A stretch of DNA of 62,533 nt, filler included, from Dicyema japonicum (GCA_011109175.1; 9 parts of 9 records of this genome joined end to end with filler, not necessarily neighbours in it); one strand, 5' to 3'; shown: positions 27,201 through 39,974, counted from the whole stretch's first letter. Made by a program: numbers and translations. The notes: generated by a model not told the origin, from the letters alone.

Positions 27201-27930
27201 CTTATAATAATTTTTACCTTTTTATACATATATGGCGATTGTTTTGGCTCGAGAGATCGAGACATCCACAAGGCCTCAGAATAATACAAGCTGATATGGA
27301 ACGATTTAATGCCTGGATAACAGAAAACCGGATCATGATGAATGGTGAGAAGTCTTCTACTTATCATTTTACTTCTGACAAGATAAGGAGGGAAGAAAGA
27401 CACCTAGAAGTTAAACAAGGTCGACATAACTTTATGAAAGAGTGGTACTCAACCGGTTCTGATAAACGTGTATACACATCACATCGAGTCATGTTTTNTT
27501 TAATGCCTGGATAACAGAAAACCGGATCATGATAAATGGTGAGAAGTCTTCTACTTATCATTTTACTTCTGACAAGATAAGGAGGGAAGAAAGAAACCTT
27601 GAAGTTAAACAAGGTCGACATAACTTTATGAAAGAGTGGTACTCAACAGGTTCTGATAACGTGTATACACATCACATCGAGTCATGTTTTTCATATGCTT
27701 AAGCCATTAGGGATTATCACAGATATGAGGAAAGTCGTTGATATACAAAGAGGACTTTCACAGTAACGGAGAGATGAATTTGTGAAGATCATCGGACCAA
27801 ATTAACGTCTCTGAAGCCCTTATGAAACTAGACTCATGATTGCGGTTCCATAAATACTGTGAGCTATCCTTTACGATTATGCTAGGACACGAGGGAGGAA
27901 CACTGGCATATATGAAATCACTGTTGGAAC
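27200..27930 (+). mobile_element. Degenerate LINE reverse transcriptase C-terminal region (internal assembly duplication at N27498)
   Basis: LRIIQADMERFNAWITENRIMMNGEKS fits the post-YADD LQ..L..L..W...N.M..N..KS motif. Confidence 0.6.
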
Positions 27931-28028
27931 GCATCGTGATCACTTTATAATTAGTTAGGTTTTACTAATGTTTTGAGTTGTTAAATAAATATTATTCCCC
28001 ATATTTTTAATATTTACTAGAAAAATCT

Positions 28029-30252
28029 TCATGCGTTGAGTAAAGATATACAATTNNNNNNNNNNNNNNNNNNNNNNNNNNNNNNNNNNNNNNNNNNNNN
28101 NNNNNNNNNNNNNNNNNNNNNNNNNNNNNNNNNNNNNNNNNNNNNNNNNNNNNNNNNNNNNNNNNNNNNNNNNNNNNNNNNNNNNNNNNNNNNNNNNNNN
28201 NNNNNNNNNNNNNNNNNNNNNNNNNNNNNNNNNNNNNNNNNNNNNNNNNNNNNNNNNNNNNNNNNNNNNNNNNNNNNNNNNNNNNNNNNNNNNNNNNNNN
28301 NNNNNNNNNNNNNNNNNNNNNNNNNNNNNNNNNNNNNNNNNNNNNNNNNNNNNNNNNNNNNNNNNNNNNNNNNNNNNNNNNNNNNNNNNNNNNNNNNNNN
28401 NNNNNNNNNNNNNNNNNNNNNNNNNNNNNNNNNNNNNNNNNNNNNNNNNNNNNNNNNNNNNNNNNNNNNNNNNNNNNNNNNNNNNNNNNNNNNNNNNNNN
28501 NNNNNNNNNNNNNNNNNNNNNNNNNNNNNNNNNNNNNNNNNNNNNNNNNNNNNNNNNNNNNNNNNNNNNNNNNNNNNNNNNNNNNNNNNNNNNNNNNNNN
28601 NNNNNNNNNNNNNNNNNNNNNNNNNNNNNNNNNNNNNNNNNNNNNNNNNNNNNNNNNNNNNNNNNNNNNNNNNNNNNNNNNNNNNNNATTTTCGTCTAAG
28701 AAAATATATTTTAAAAACCAATAAGAAAATTCAACAATTGAAATTTGCCAGTAGTACTTTGGTCTCCAGTTTTAAGATGTTCAACACATGACTAAAATTA
28801 TGTTGTCATACGAACTTCGACAAGTCTTTCAGAAAAGGCAATATAGGCTAGAAGGTCTGTACTCATATTTTTTATAATAAATTTAAGGTTTTCTGAATAA
28901 AAGTTATACCAGCAATGAAGATTTAACAATATAATTGAGAGTGCAGGTAACTAAAATAAGAATTAATCAACAAAAGATATCATCCGAGGTTTAAAATCGC
29001 TTAAATACGCAATATTAGCCTATAAATAGATATCAGACCATGAAACACATACTGTATTGTCATTATATATAATCTCAAGAAAAATATCTAAAATAAAGCT
29101 TTGGATGAAATCTACTAATACCAACTAGTAGAAAATAAAATAAATTGTTGTCTGATTATGTCGAATATAATGCTCTTAAAATGGGCATTAACATATATGT
29201 AACGACAAATAAACTAAATTTATAATTTAAAATACTTTCAAAAATTGTGTTACTAATTTATTATTGATTTCCACATCACGATCAGAAATCTTGCGAATAA
29301 CATAGGTCAAAAGCTTGATTTTATTATGGAGGTGTTGAGTAGACGAAACTAGGTTATTTAAAATTGAGTGCGGATCAATCTATATTTTTTTATAGAATAT
29401 ACAGAATGGCTTATATTTTTACTGAAATGTAAAATTTTACTATGGTGAAATTTTTTAAATCCTTTTTTTCTTATTCGTCTATAATTATTGAAATCAAAAC
29501 TTTGATAACTTTTTTAATATTTTTCCATTAATAAAATATCCAGATAAATTCACGCAAGTGAGATTCTTGGCTTTTTTGAGTATAGAAGAAAAATTAAAGT
29601 CATATCCTTTCAATTTCCCATCACTTGTATGAATGAAATATCTAAATTTAATGTAAATAAACCTTAAAGAGTCTGGATTGTTAAAGCTTTCTGCAAATTC
29701 CCCAAAATCTGTAATTAAGACATTGTGAAAATTTATGCGTTCCAGTTTTTCAATTATTTTTAGTGTATTTCTATAAATAGTCGTACCGCTATTGAGTCCA
29801 AGGAGATTGAGAATCTTTATTTTTCTAAAACCAGTCATAAATAGCTGATGTAGCAAATCTGGGTCATCATACTCCAATAGTGTAAATGATTTGATCTCAT
29901 TCGGAAAAAATGGAAGAAAAAGATTTTTTTCTGATGAAATAATCCTTCTTATTGTAATATTTGATAAGTTTGGATAAAATTGAATCATCTTAACAATGTC
30001 TATAACTTCAATATCTTTACTAGTCAATTTAAGGCAAAAAATGTCCATCTGTAATCCTTCTGGAATCCTATATAAACTTGAAAATGTAAAAGATTGATCT
30101 TTTTTAAAACGTGAATTCAAATATTTAAGTTCATTAAGGATTCTAATGGAAAACATTTTTTTAGACTTGTTGTTTAATTTTATATATTTTTGTCCATTAA
30201 AGTGTCTTCGAATATTATAAATGCATAATGAATATAATGAAGGTGTATCCAT
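28029..30252 (-). CDS. Multi-exon BC-box/F-box-like, leucine-rich-repeat protein with a helical C-terminal half (candidate cullin-RING substrate receptor); spans the N gap
   Basis: Exons 30252-29501, 29478-29403, 29379-29236, 29213-29122, 29098-29053 (or 29047), 29019-28972, 28950-28816, 28791-28719, 28695-gap. Introns of 22, 23, 22, 23, 33/27, 21, 24 and 23 nt are all GT-AG and keep the frame open. N-terminal SLYSLCIYNI fits the BC-box consensus; LxxLxL repeats follow. The stop at 28029 (NCISLLNA*) beyond the gap is a guess. Confidence 0.72.
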
Positions 30253-31559
30253 TTAATAACTTAAATATATTTTGATGACCTTAATATAAATTTTATTTAT
30301 TTTATATTTGAATTTCATAAATTTTTATTATTTTTTATAAAATAAATAATACATTTTCAGAATTTATCAAAGAACGCATCCATAAAGAAATTAAACATTT
30401 ACCGAACATTAGAACTAGTTGATGTAATTTCTTTTACAGCTATATTCTCAAAATTCAAATCATTTTTAAATAGGTATTAAGTACATACACGGAAGATATC
30501 CGATGAGTGATTTACATAGAAATTACGTGATTATAGATATGAAATAGATTAGAACTAGTTGATGTAATTTCTTTTACAGCTATTTTCTCAAAATTCAAAT
30601 CATTTTTGAATAGGTATTAAGTACATACACGGAAAATATCCGATGAGTGATTTACATAGAAATTACGTGATTATAGATATAAAATACACGTGCTTCAGTA
30701 TCCTGTGTAAGTTTTGCATTTGTATGAATAGATTTCATCTCGTTTATGTGTTCAATCAGCATAATTTCGAACTCATTTTCAATACAACTATTGAATTAAG
30801 AGCTCGTTGCTCCTTCATCGGATTTTTGATTCATAAATCTTTTGAAAAAATTTCTTATTCTTAAATTCTTCACAAGAAGCGTGCTCACAGAGGCTTTTAG
30901 CTACGAAGAGCATTTTAAATCCACGTAAAGGAGGACTGTGAGATTTGAGTGGACATGAGGTTANTGTGCCTCAATATCCTAAGTGAAAGATTTTCATTCG
31001 TATGAATAGCTTTCATCCCGTTTTTGTGTCCAATCAGCATGCTTTCGAGAGTACTTTTCAATATAACGGACTGGTCGTAAGTACTCTTTGCTTCTTAAAC
31101 AGATGTTTGTTACATATACATTTTTTAGATAAATTAATAAAAGTTCAGGCTGATGGTTATTTGAGCTAATCTCGCTCGCCATCCTGAGAGGAAATAGCTT
31201 ATTAATTAGAACGGCAATTTTAGAGAAAACAAGCGTAAGTTCGGACGACGACGATTTACAAGATAATGGTTCTAAAATAAATATTTGATAATTTTAGTTA
31301 AAATTAAAATATTTAATTAAAAATCTCATCAATTAAATGTAATTTTAGTTATATTTTTTCGGATTTTTTATCGACAAATATACTTTGTAGAATTACTTTT
31401 ATGCTGAAACATTTAATCTTTTGAACCTTCCACAAAATAAAGAAAAATCTATCAAATTTTACAAGAAAAGGAAATTTTCCCGGAAAAGATATTGTAAATA
31501 AGGAACTTATGGTCCTTAGAGAATCTATGTTTTTTTAAAGCCTTTTCACGAGAGCCACA

Positions 31560-31850
31560 GTATTGATAGCTCCGCATAGGCAGAACACACACTTTATGTA
31601 AGTTAAGAACAGTTAATTTTAACTAATCGTAGAACCAAGGAATGATCTTCATTTCTTTTTTTCTTTTTCTTGTGTGAGTGTCCTTTCTAGACAATCCAGT
31701 TCCGCAGTGAGTATCCACTGATGACGGCGTCACTCGTCAAACCCTTACTGATCGTAGATGCGTGGAACCTTCCACCAGGTGAACAGCAGCGAAATTCGAA
31801 AACCGTAGCATAAGCCACTTAAGCCCGACATCTAACCATTATGCCAACCA
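31560..31850 (-). mobile_element. tRNA-derived SINE, near full-length copy
   Basis: A-box TGGCATAATGG (31846-31836), degenerate B-box, hairpin-rich core, A-rich linker and tail; homologous to 41270-41612. Confidence 0.8.
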
Positions 31851-31899
31851 AGAAAAGTATTTTATAACCTTAAGAAAAGATAACCTTAATAAAAGTATT

Positions 31900-32400
31900 T
31901 TTTAGTTTATTTATTCAACAACATAAGACCACAATAAAACAAACTGATTATCAAATGATCCCGATGCATTTCAACACTAACCATATCTTTGTCGGGGTTC
32001 TTCCCTCATGCCCACATACGATCTTACATGGCGACTGACTCTACGTTTCTTCTTCGCTTTTTTGATTTCATCTTTGATGCACCTAACAATTCGTTTACGT
32101 TCATCCTTTTTTAGACTTAGCTATCCATATTAAATCAGCATATCCCAGGGTTCCACGTCAAATTAGATATTCCCCTTCTGTTAAGCAGGTTTAGAAGTCT
32201 GTCGAGATGCTTATTCAGTTACGTCTCTATTCCATCGTTCCTCTTATTCCAACTATCCCACTTGGCGCCAAAGTTAATGTGGTGCTATTAGGCTACATGA
32301 ATTGAAGATTATTTGTTTGATTCTTCTGTTCCGCCTCTCCCTTTTTGGCTCCAGCGAACTTCAATCGTTAGCTTGCGTCATGTTGTTCACCATCTATGGT
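31900..32400 (-). mobile_element. LINE-family 3' region
   Basis: Ends in GGGATCA...TTGTTTT...GTGGTCTT...AATAAATAAA like the ends at 57835-57920 and 38840-38920; 32320-32370 also matches 41040-41100. Confidence 0.5.
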
Positions 32401-33379
32401 GTCGCCAGATATATTCCTAAGTTATAAACGAAAATGACTATTAGTCAACAACCTAGCTTGCGTCATGTTGTTCACCATCTATGGTGTCGCCAGATATATT
32501 CCTAAGTTATAAACGAAAATGACTATTAGTCAACAACCATCCAGAGGAGTTCCCCTGGACGGCTCTTCCTTCAAGTCCGAGTAAGTTAACAGTAAACAAC
32601 TAGTTAAATATATCCAGTTTCCTCTATTACTGAAACATAGTCCTTCAACGTTACACAAGTCCATCCGGAACCAGCATAAAAAAATAAAAAAGTCCATTCC
32701 TTGCAATTGTGGAAACCCATCCTGTGGAGTGAATGAGAACAAAGGATCTTTTTCGTGGAAGGCTGGGACTAGGCGCCACCTGAGACAGGTGGATTACACG
32801 ACGCCACTCTAGTAGGAATGGGAAGAGGAGGAATAGACAAAACAAACAGAAAACTTCAACCAATTACCATTTTGCACCACATGGCAAAAATTGTTACTTT
32901 TATAATCATGAAAATCGGAAAAATAAGGTTTTCNAAGAGGAGGAATAGACAAAACAAACAGAAAACTTCAACCAATTACCATTTTGCACCACATGGCAAA
33001 AATTGTTACTTTTATAATCATGAAAATCGGAAAAATAAGGTTTTCAAGCCCGAGGTAATAATTCCAAGGAATTGTGCATTTAAGAATTTTTAAAACAAAA
33101 ATGAAGATGCCTTCCTGAATACAAAACTGAATGCGTCTATTCAGTTTTGTGCCTTTCCGCAGTTTTTTTTTAATACATGGTCTTCCTCTTCCTGACTGTA
33201 ACCCATGGTCAGCGGGAGAATCAAACCTACAGAATATTGTTTTAGACATGACATCCCAGCAACTAAGTTGCCTGTTCAATCAAATAAACATTAATAATAA
33301 AAACCATCTTTATTTTAAAGGGCAAGTATCTNTCTTCTTTCATCTAAGTGGAGATCTACAGTCCACTTCTTGACTATGG

Positions 33380-34070
33380 TCTTTACAAAGTTAACAATCC
33401 AATGGAGTATTCCTGAACAGTCAAATAGATGAAATAAAAATTCATGGTCAACAGAATTGAAGGCCTTCTTACATCAACCCAAGCAGAATAGAAAGCGTAT
33501 CCATACTCCTTATTTAAGTATTGATTAACAAGGACCTGTTCCCTAGTGTCTTGACAATGCTTCCTCGTTCCCAGCTGATTGTCAGATAATAGCCCACACG
33601 AATCGACAAAATCTGAGAGTTTAAGGACCTGTTCCCTAATGTCTTGGCAATGCTTCCTTGTTCCCAGCTGATTGTCAGATAATAGCCCACACGAATCGAC
33701 AAAATCTGAGAGTTTGGCATTAACACATTTGGTAATAAGTTTATATAATGTTGGCATATACGTTGTATGAAGTAAGTCTTTAGGAGTCTCACAATTATCC
33801 TATTAGGAATTAAATAGGTCATTCCAGTATAAAATTAACTTTCAGGTATATATTCCCCATTAATAATTCAATTAATCTCAGTACATAAAGAGCCATGTAA
33901 AGATTCCATTTTCTTAATAAAGAAATGGTATGACCCATCGCATCCACACGCTTTCCAATTGGGGAGCCATTTAATAACATTCAGGATAAACTCATTTTTG
34001 AACTCAGGCAGCATGCCTTCAATATCAGCATTTACTTTACCAACACTGTCATATGACACGTGCAGGTTCC
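33380..34070 (-). mobile_element. RLE-type (R4-like) non-LTR reverse transcriptase N-terminal half, pseudogenised
   Basis: IKWLPNWKACGCDGSYHFFIKK; MPTLYKLITKCV...LLSDNQLGTRKHCQDTREQVLVNQYLNK...WVDVR match RT domains 0-2 of R4/NeSL-type elements. Confidence 0.75.
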
Positions 34071-34442
34071 AGCCACTTCTAATTATTCTTCCGAATCTTT
34101 GCTTCGTGTCAAGAAAAATCTGAGATACCCACTCAGCTACAGAGACACTATGGCCCTCTTCGATAATGGCAGATTGTGTATAGAATCCTTCATAAATATA
34201 TGTTAATTAATTCGTATTTTACATATTAAAATTTTTGTAAACAACAAAATTAATAGAGTTCAACCCCTTCCCTGATAAAAAACGCCGGAAATACAGAGGG
34301 TGCCCAAGCCGGGGTTTTATTGAGGCGGTGTTGTATTGTATATTTTTATAAAATTATTATTAAATTTAGTAATTTTATATTATTAAAATCTTATTAATTT
34401 TTATAATTAATTATTCAAGAATTATAATTATCGTCTCACTTT

Positions 34443-35408
34443 ATGACCATTATGATTTCTGGTCTGTTTAAATTAAATAATTATATAGGATTTGTGTTGT
34501 TTGTTAGTTTAATTGGACTTGGAAACAATCAGATTGTTACTAAAATATCAAAATATACAATTCCAACTTGGAGTGTAGCTGATAATAGTAGTTTATCGAT
34601 GTTATTTAGCGGAATAATGTACTTGAACGCTACAAAAAATGGAAAAGTAAAAGAATGTGATAATAGTAGAACCAAATGATTAATTTCAACGACTCTAATG
34701 TTGAATATGAAAATATAATTGATCATAAGGTCCAAATCGAATTTGGAATTAAAAATATAAAAGTTAATTTTATGTTCATGAAAATGAATAAATATGAAAA
34801 TTACTATCTAAGTATAATTACTGTTTACGATATTGGTAATATGTTAATCAAATGATAGGTGTATCCTGCAATATTGGTTTTCATGAAAATGTAAATTTCG
34901 GAAAAATTTTTTATTGTCATAATGTAAAACTAGAATTACATAATGACTATACTCTTTACATATATTATATGAAAGTGCAATTGTTTCCAACATCAAAAAA
35001 TACGGCATTTACAGGAGAGGGTTTTATTTATAATTATTTTAAGTCAAAAATTGCAGTAATGTAATATTAAATTCGGAACCTATTGAACTAATAACTGGTA
35101 CTTTATTGTTTTCTTGAATTTTAATTATTTAATTAATTATATATTATTTTACTTAGTAAACACTCCCTCTCCCACTACAACTGTATTCTCTTCTACGTCT
35201 TCTCCCACTACAACTGAAGGTAAAATATTTTATTTCTATATTTAATCAATTTTTCATATTTGAAGATTTGAGCTTCACAAGTACAACAAATGATTTTAAT
35301 TCTGTAGTAAGCACTCAGGAGCGTAAGTTAGTTACTTCGTCCATATCTCGTCCTTCCGAAGTATCAATATTACTTCTTGGTTGGATTTTAGTCAACATAC
35401 TAATTTAA
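34443..35408 (+). CDS. Predicted surface glycoprotein: signal peptide, LAMP-like domain, Ser/Thr-rich stalk and C-terminal hydrophobic (GPI-like) tail; 241 aa, or 254 aa if 35323-35361 is coding
   Basis: Exons 34443-34461, 34489-34646, 34670-34835, 34859-35020, 35044-35097, 35157-35219, 35266-35322, 35362-35408; introns of 27, 23, 23, 23, 59, 46 and optionally 39 nt. The spliced CDS is 726 nt with no internal stop. FGKIFYCHNVKLELHNDYTLYIYYMKVQLF...FTGEVKNC resembles the LAMP C-terminal half (GxSYxC...VQAF...F...C). Confidence 0.78.
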
Positions 35409-36559
35409 TTTAAATTAACAGATATCACATTAGGTTCATTATTTCCACTATTAAAATTAGTGAATGATATATCAATTAAATATAGGAAATTAAGTAGATT
35501 TTTGAGTAATCACTGAGAAATTTAACTAAACTTTCGGAAATTGTTGGAATCCTAAATTAAATCCAAAAGGACCATTACTTAACAACCATTCAAAGGAGAT
35601 CCCCTTGGACGCCATTACGACTTAGCTGAGGTTTGAGAATCATTTGATAGGGGAATATTTTCGATTCGTGGCAGCTAGAGTCAAACTAATATCCAATTGT
35701 CACGTGAAGATGAAACTTTTTCACTTAATTCTGAAAACTTATGTTCTTTAATACTGAGTTTTGTCATTTCAACCTGGGCCCATCGTTGTTTCAAAACACG
35801 CCCCCTTTTTGCAGTTAAAACCCTTAAAATTCTGGATGTGATATCTCGTTGCAGCGGCAGATGTCCCACTTGAGGACCGTTGATTACTGCTTTTGAAAAA
35901 ACTTTACCATTTACTATTTGAGATTTTATGGTTCGCACTTTAATTTAAAGGAAAAGTCTTTCAACGAAATCTGAACTACAAGTACGATTCAATTCCGTCA
36001 AGTTTTAATGATTTCTTTATTTCCCTTAAAGGCCATGATGAATCTCAGACGTTCCACATTTTCATTTACCTAGGCAGTTCTTCTCTTTGGTAAATGAATG
36101 CTTTCAGCTAGTTATGACAAAAATGTATAATTCTTGGAACTTTACTGAAGTTAACCTAATTATGTCTATCCAAATAACACTTATCAAAATCTGATAGGTT
36201 ATTCCCAGAAAGACTAAGGATATGGATGAGGTTTGGATGATGTTTACTCTGTAGGCTATCAGTCGTAGTTTGGACTATTTTAATGCTTTCAATGCGGATT
36301 TGACTTATTTATGAGCATTGTTGTTGAGAAAGCAATAAAAAATTGATTAATTAACCAGAGAATATTCTTACATAGAAAACCAAGTCAGTAAAAATTTATC
36401 CATTCATTAAGATCAATGTGATAATGTCATGTGGCTCGCCGACGACGTGGTGGCATTTGGAAAAAAAAGTACTACACTTTTTTCTATCTCCACAGGTGGA
36501 CCAATCAGGTAGGCCTGCACCGCTGCGGAGACGTTGAGGCAAACCCTGAACCAGCCAGA

Positions 36560-38920
36560 ATAGTTTAACTCTACATAAATGGAATCAAGAACAAGATACA
36601 CGAACTTCGGACATTTGATAAAGAAAATCAAATCGATCTGTTGCTAATTCAAGAGTCTAAACTTTCTCCAAAGAATTCAACACAAGTATTTCCGGGATTC
36701 ACAGAATTTCGCCGTGACAGAATTGGCAAACTTGGTGGGGGTCTTCTCACAGTTATCCGCTACGCCATTCCGTTTGAGGACTTAACTATCAATGCTTACA
36801 CTATTCCTAAATGCGAAGCACCACTGTAACTAAGATTGAAGATGATAATTGAGGACCTACACAGCCTATGTATACTCAACGATCCTCCATCTCATACAAG
36901 AACACCTACTCGACGTAACGATAAACCTATTTCTATCGACATCTCATTGTCATCACCGTCCTTGGCAACTTTATTGACTGCTCAGTGAAGTGTGATTCCT
37001 GGAGTGACTACAATCCAATATTTTTTGAGGTCAAAACAAGGTCACGGATAAAAGGACAATGCCCAACGATAACTAACTACTGCCTTGCAAATTGGAGAGG
37101 ATTCAAGGATTACGTCGATAATTGTACTGGACTATTAAATTTCCCCAATCCTCCCTCCGTCGAACAATTAGTGAAATGGTTCAACTCCACCATAAACGCT
37201 GTCTATGAGGAAACAACCTACGTCATCAAAACGTTTCAACACAACGACGAAACATCTGATCAGAATGCGAAATAATCTAAAGATGGTAAAATCGCCAACA
37301 GAAGAGAACATCAGAAAAATTCAAGAATTGAACAGAAAGTTCGACAACAACAGAAAGGCAGAAAATGCAAATAGATGGACGAGATTATCGAAGGTTTTCT
37401 GCAAGAACCCCCCAATGTGCAAGTGGATCAAGAACATCAAAAGATCCTCCCCAGAGAGAAAAGTCGAAGTCTACATAAAACCAGACACTCTGATAAAATA
37501 TTACACGTCTATTTCCTACAAGAAGTTTTCAAAAGAACACTAAGTATTCCTGAAAAAGATTGAAACAAAACGCTCTGATAACTGGATCCTATTTACTAGT
37601 CAGGATGTTCGCAGAGCCATATCCAAAGCCAACAGCTCAGAGGTCAAATGACCAGACAACATAACCACATGTGAACTGAAGCACCAGGGCCATCGAACTC
37701 TGGAACTATTAGCCTATATATTCAACCTATCCATTAACACAAATACAATCCCTGAAAGATGGAAGAAGTCTCTAATCAGACCTATCCGAAAACCCAACAA
37801 ACCAATAAATGAACCATCTTTTTATCGCCTAATATATATTCTAAGTCCGGTCTCAAGGATCCTTGAAAGGCTTGTTTTGGAAAAAATACAAGACTCAATC
37901 TCAATACCTCTGACCCAGCACGGATTCCCGGATAACCATTCGATTACAACACACCTTAAAACCTTCACACAATTCATTGCGGAAGGATTTAACTCCCCCA
38001 AACCCCACCAGAGGACAGTAATTATACCCGTGGACATCACAAAAGCGTTCGACTCAGTCCCTAGGAAACTCCTAACAAAGAAAATATTTGAAACCAACAT
38101 CCATCCGAACCTGAAACTTTGGCTTGGAAACTTCCTAAATGGAAGACGAGCACAAGTACTCTGCAACAACATCAAATCAAGATCTCGCTATTTCCCAAAT
38201 GGAGTCCCTCAAGGCGACTCAGTCTGTTCAACAAATGCTTGACAAGCTGAAACTATGACTCTCGAAGCGGAGACTCAACACATCAGCAACAAGTCCTTTG
38301 TCACACTGTTTACCACTTACAAAAGACAGGTCTGTATCGAACCAAATTCTTTATGAAGAACGAAGCTATTCCTATTAACAAAACAGAATATTCTGGGAGT
38401 AACCTTTGATCAGGGACTCACCTTTATCCGACATGTTGAAAACAAAGTAACTTCTGCTCTGAAAAAAATGTGAATTTTAAAAGTGCTCTCAAAAACACTT
38501 AGAGACCAAACTAGTGGCCTTACCACGATTTATGAACAATTTATCCGACCAACGATGACGTATGCAATCCTTCATGGGCAATGCAGATTTCAAGATCCTC
38601 CTCATTGAAACTATCTGCAATCTAGGGGACTGAATAAAGTTAATTGGACCAGAACACAAAATCTAGCCTATTGAATAATTCTTAAACGAATTACAACGGA
38701 AACTCTTAAAGGAGGCTATTTCACCGAGCTGCCCTATATTCCATACACTATCGAATTATCTACAATCATCAGAAGTTTTGAGCCGATGCCATGTCCAATG
38801 AGAATATTCTCGACCCAACTAGACTCGTCCTCTCGTTTGTCGGTCTGGGATCACTTAGTTAGATGAGAACTTTTATTTCTTTTCTTTGACCCAGTGATCC
38901 TGGGGGTAATAATAATAATA
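36560..38920 (+). mobile_element. APE-RT LINE ORF2 (Jockey/I-like), degenerate, with 3' stem-loop and (AAT)n tail
   Basis: INGIKNKIHELR...LLIQESKL...RRDR...GGGLL (endonuclease); QHGF...HS..THL...VDITKAFDSV...WLGNFL.GR...GVPQG (RT); ILGVTFD; stops and frameshifts; ends GGGGGTAATAATAATAATA. Confidence 0.9.
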
Positions 38921-39210
38921 ACAATTCATAGGTATTAAATACTGTATAATCAAGTTAAAGAGAGACTCATGATTATGGAGGTCTGGAACCTACCAGTCTT
39001 TAATACTTATGTCATTCTTCCTAGGACCCATTTTTCTGTTTTAACAGTTTAGACAAAATCTCAGTTAAGGCGAAAATAGCATACAGAGTTACGGAAGAGT
39101 CGATTTCCGANNNNNNNNNNNNNNNNNNNNNNNNNNNNNNNNNNNNNNNNNNNNTTAATTAATTAANNNNNNNNNNNNNNNNNNNNNNNNNNNNNNNNNN
39201 NNNNNNNNNN

Positions 39211-39523
39211 TTCAGCGAAAAATTCAGAGTCGGAGACAGGGTTATCACTCAAAAGAAGTTCACTGGTTACTCATTAAACTTACATTAAGGGACCGTCAAG
39301 TTTTTTGCTCTCTTGAACTATTCTCGCAGAATCAAAACAAACTTGTACGTTGGAATCAAACTGGACAACGTGGGTTGACCTATTGATGAGCCTTGTAGTT
39401 CACTTTACAGCCTTTACTGAGACCGGATATGACACGGCCATATTCTTCTGTCCGATAAGTCGAGGACTGATTGTCTCAGTCAACGATGTCAAGATTATTA
39501 GATCACATCGTGAATACGACTAA
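39211..39523 (+). CDS. 3' end of a gene encoding a C-terminal divergent CAP-Gly domain (5' part lost in gap)
   Basis: Exons 39211-39265, 39290-39373, 39399-39523; introns of 24 and 25 nt. Protein FRVGDRVITQKKFTGTVKFF...LYVGIKLDNVVHFTAFTETGYDTAIFFCPISRGLIVSVNDV fits the CAP-Gly pattern VGDRV...GTVRF...WVGVELD...YFxC...GLFV. Confidence 0.72.
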
Positions 39524-39974
39524 TAAACTAATTTTTTATTTTTAAAAAATTGAAGAATCCATTACTTTGAGGACAAATAGGAATTAAGATCAGCGGATTA
39601 GGGACAGGGTAGCGTGGGAGAAGGAGGAACGAGAGATTACATATATAATTTTATAAATTATTTGAATCTCTGGTGTTCAACATTGTGTCATGACGAATTT
39701 TTCAATTCCAAGATGTCCGAGCGGGAGAACACTAATTTACCCCAACGACGTGCCTATCATATATTTCAAAATCGGGGGAATGTCTGAAAAAAGACTTGCC
39801 GTAACATGGAAACTAAGAAATGACACAGAGATCATGGCTTGAAACTCTCCGATGAAGACACCCACCTCATATAGGAAAGGGAGAGCCTATAATGACATGA
39901 CGGCTCTTCCCGAATATTAGCAGCAATCATGAGGGGTAACTCCTATTGGGTGCGCAATGCATGGAGTTCTTGTC

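Noticed and set aside
23353-28791. Long ORFs of 205-253 aa in the ORF track (23353-24114, 23404-24021, 23421-24065, 28036-28791)
   Set aside because: Almost entirely N-derived X residues.
31717-31745. Hammerhead ribozyme in the SINE core (CTGATGA on one strand, TTGACGAG on the other)
   Set aside because: No GAAA after stem II in any copy (CAAA is conserved instead) and no compatible stems I/III with an NUH site.
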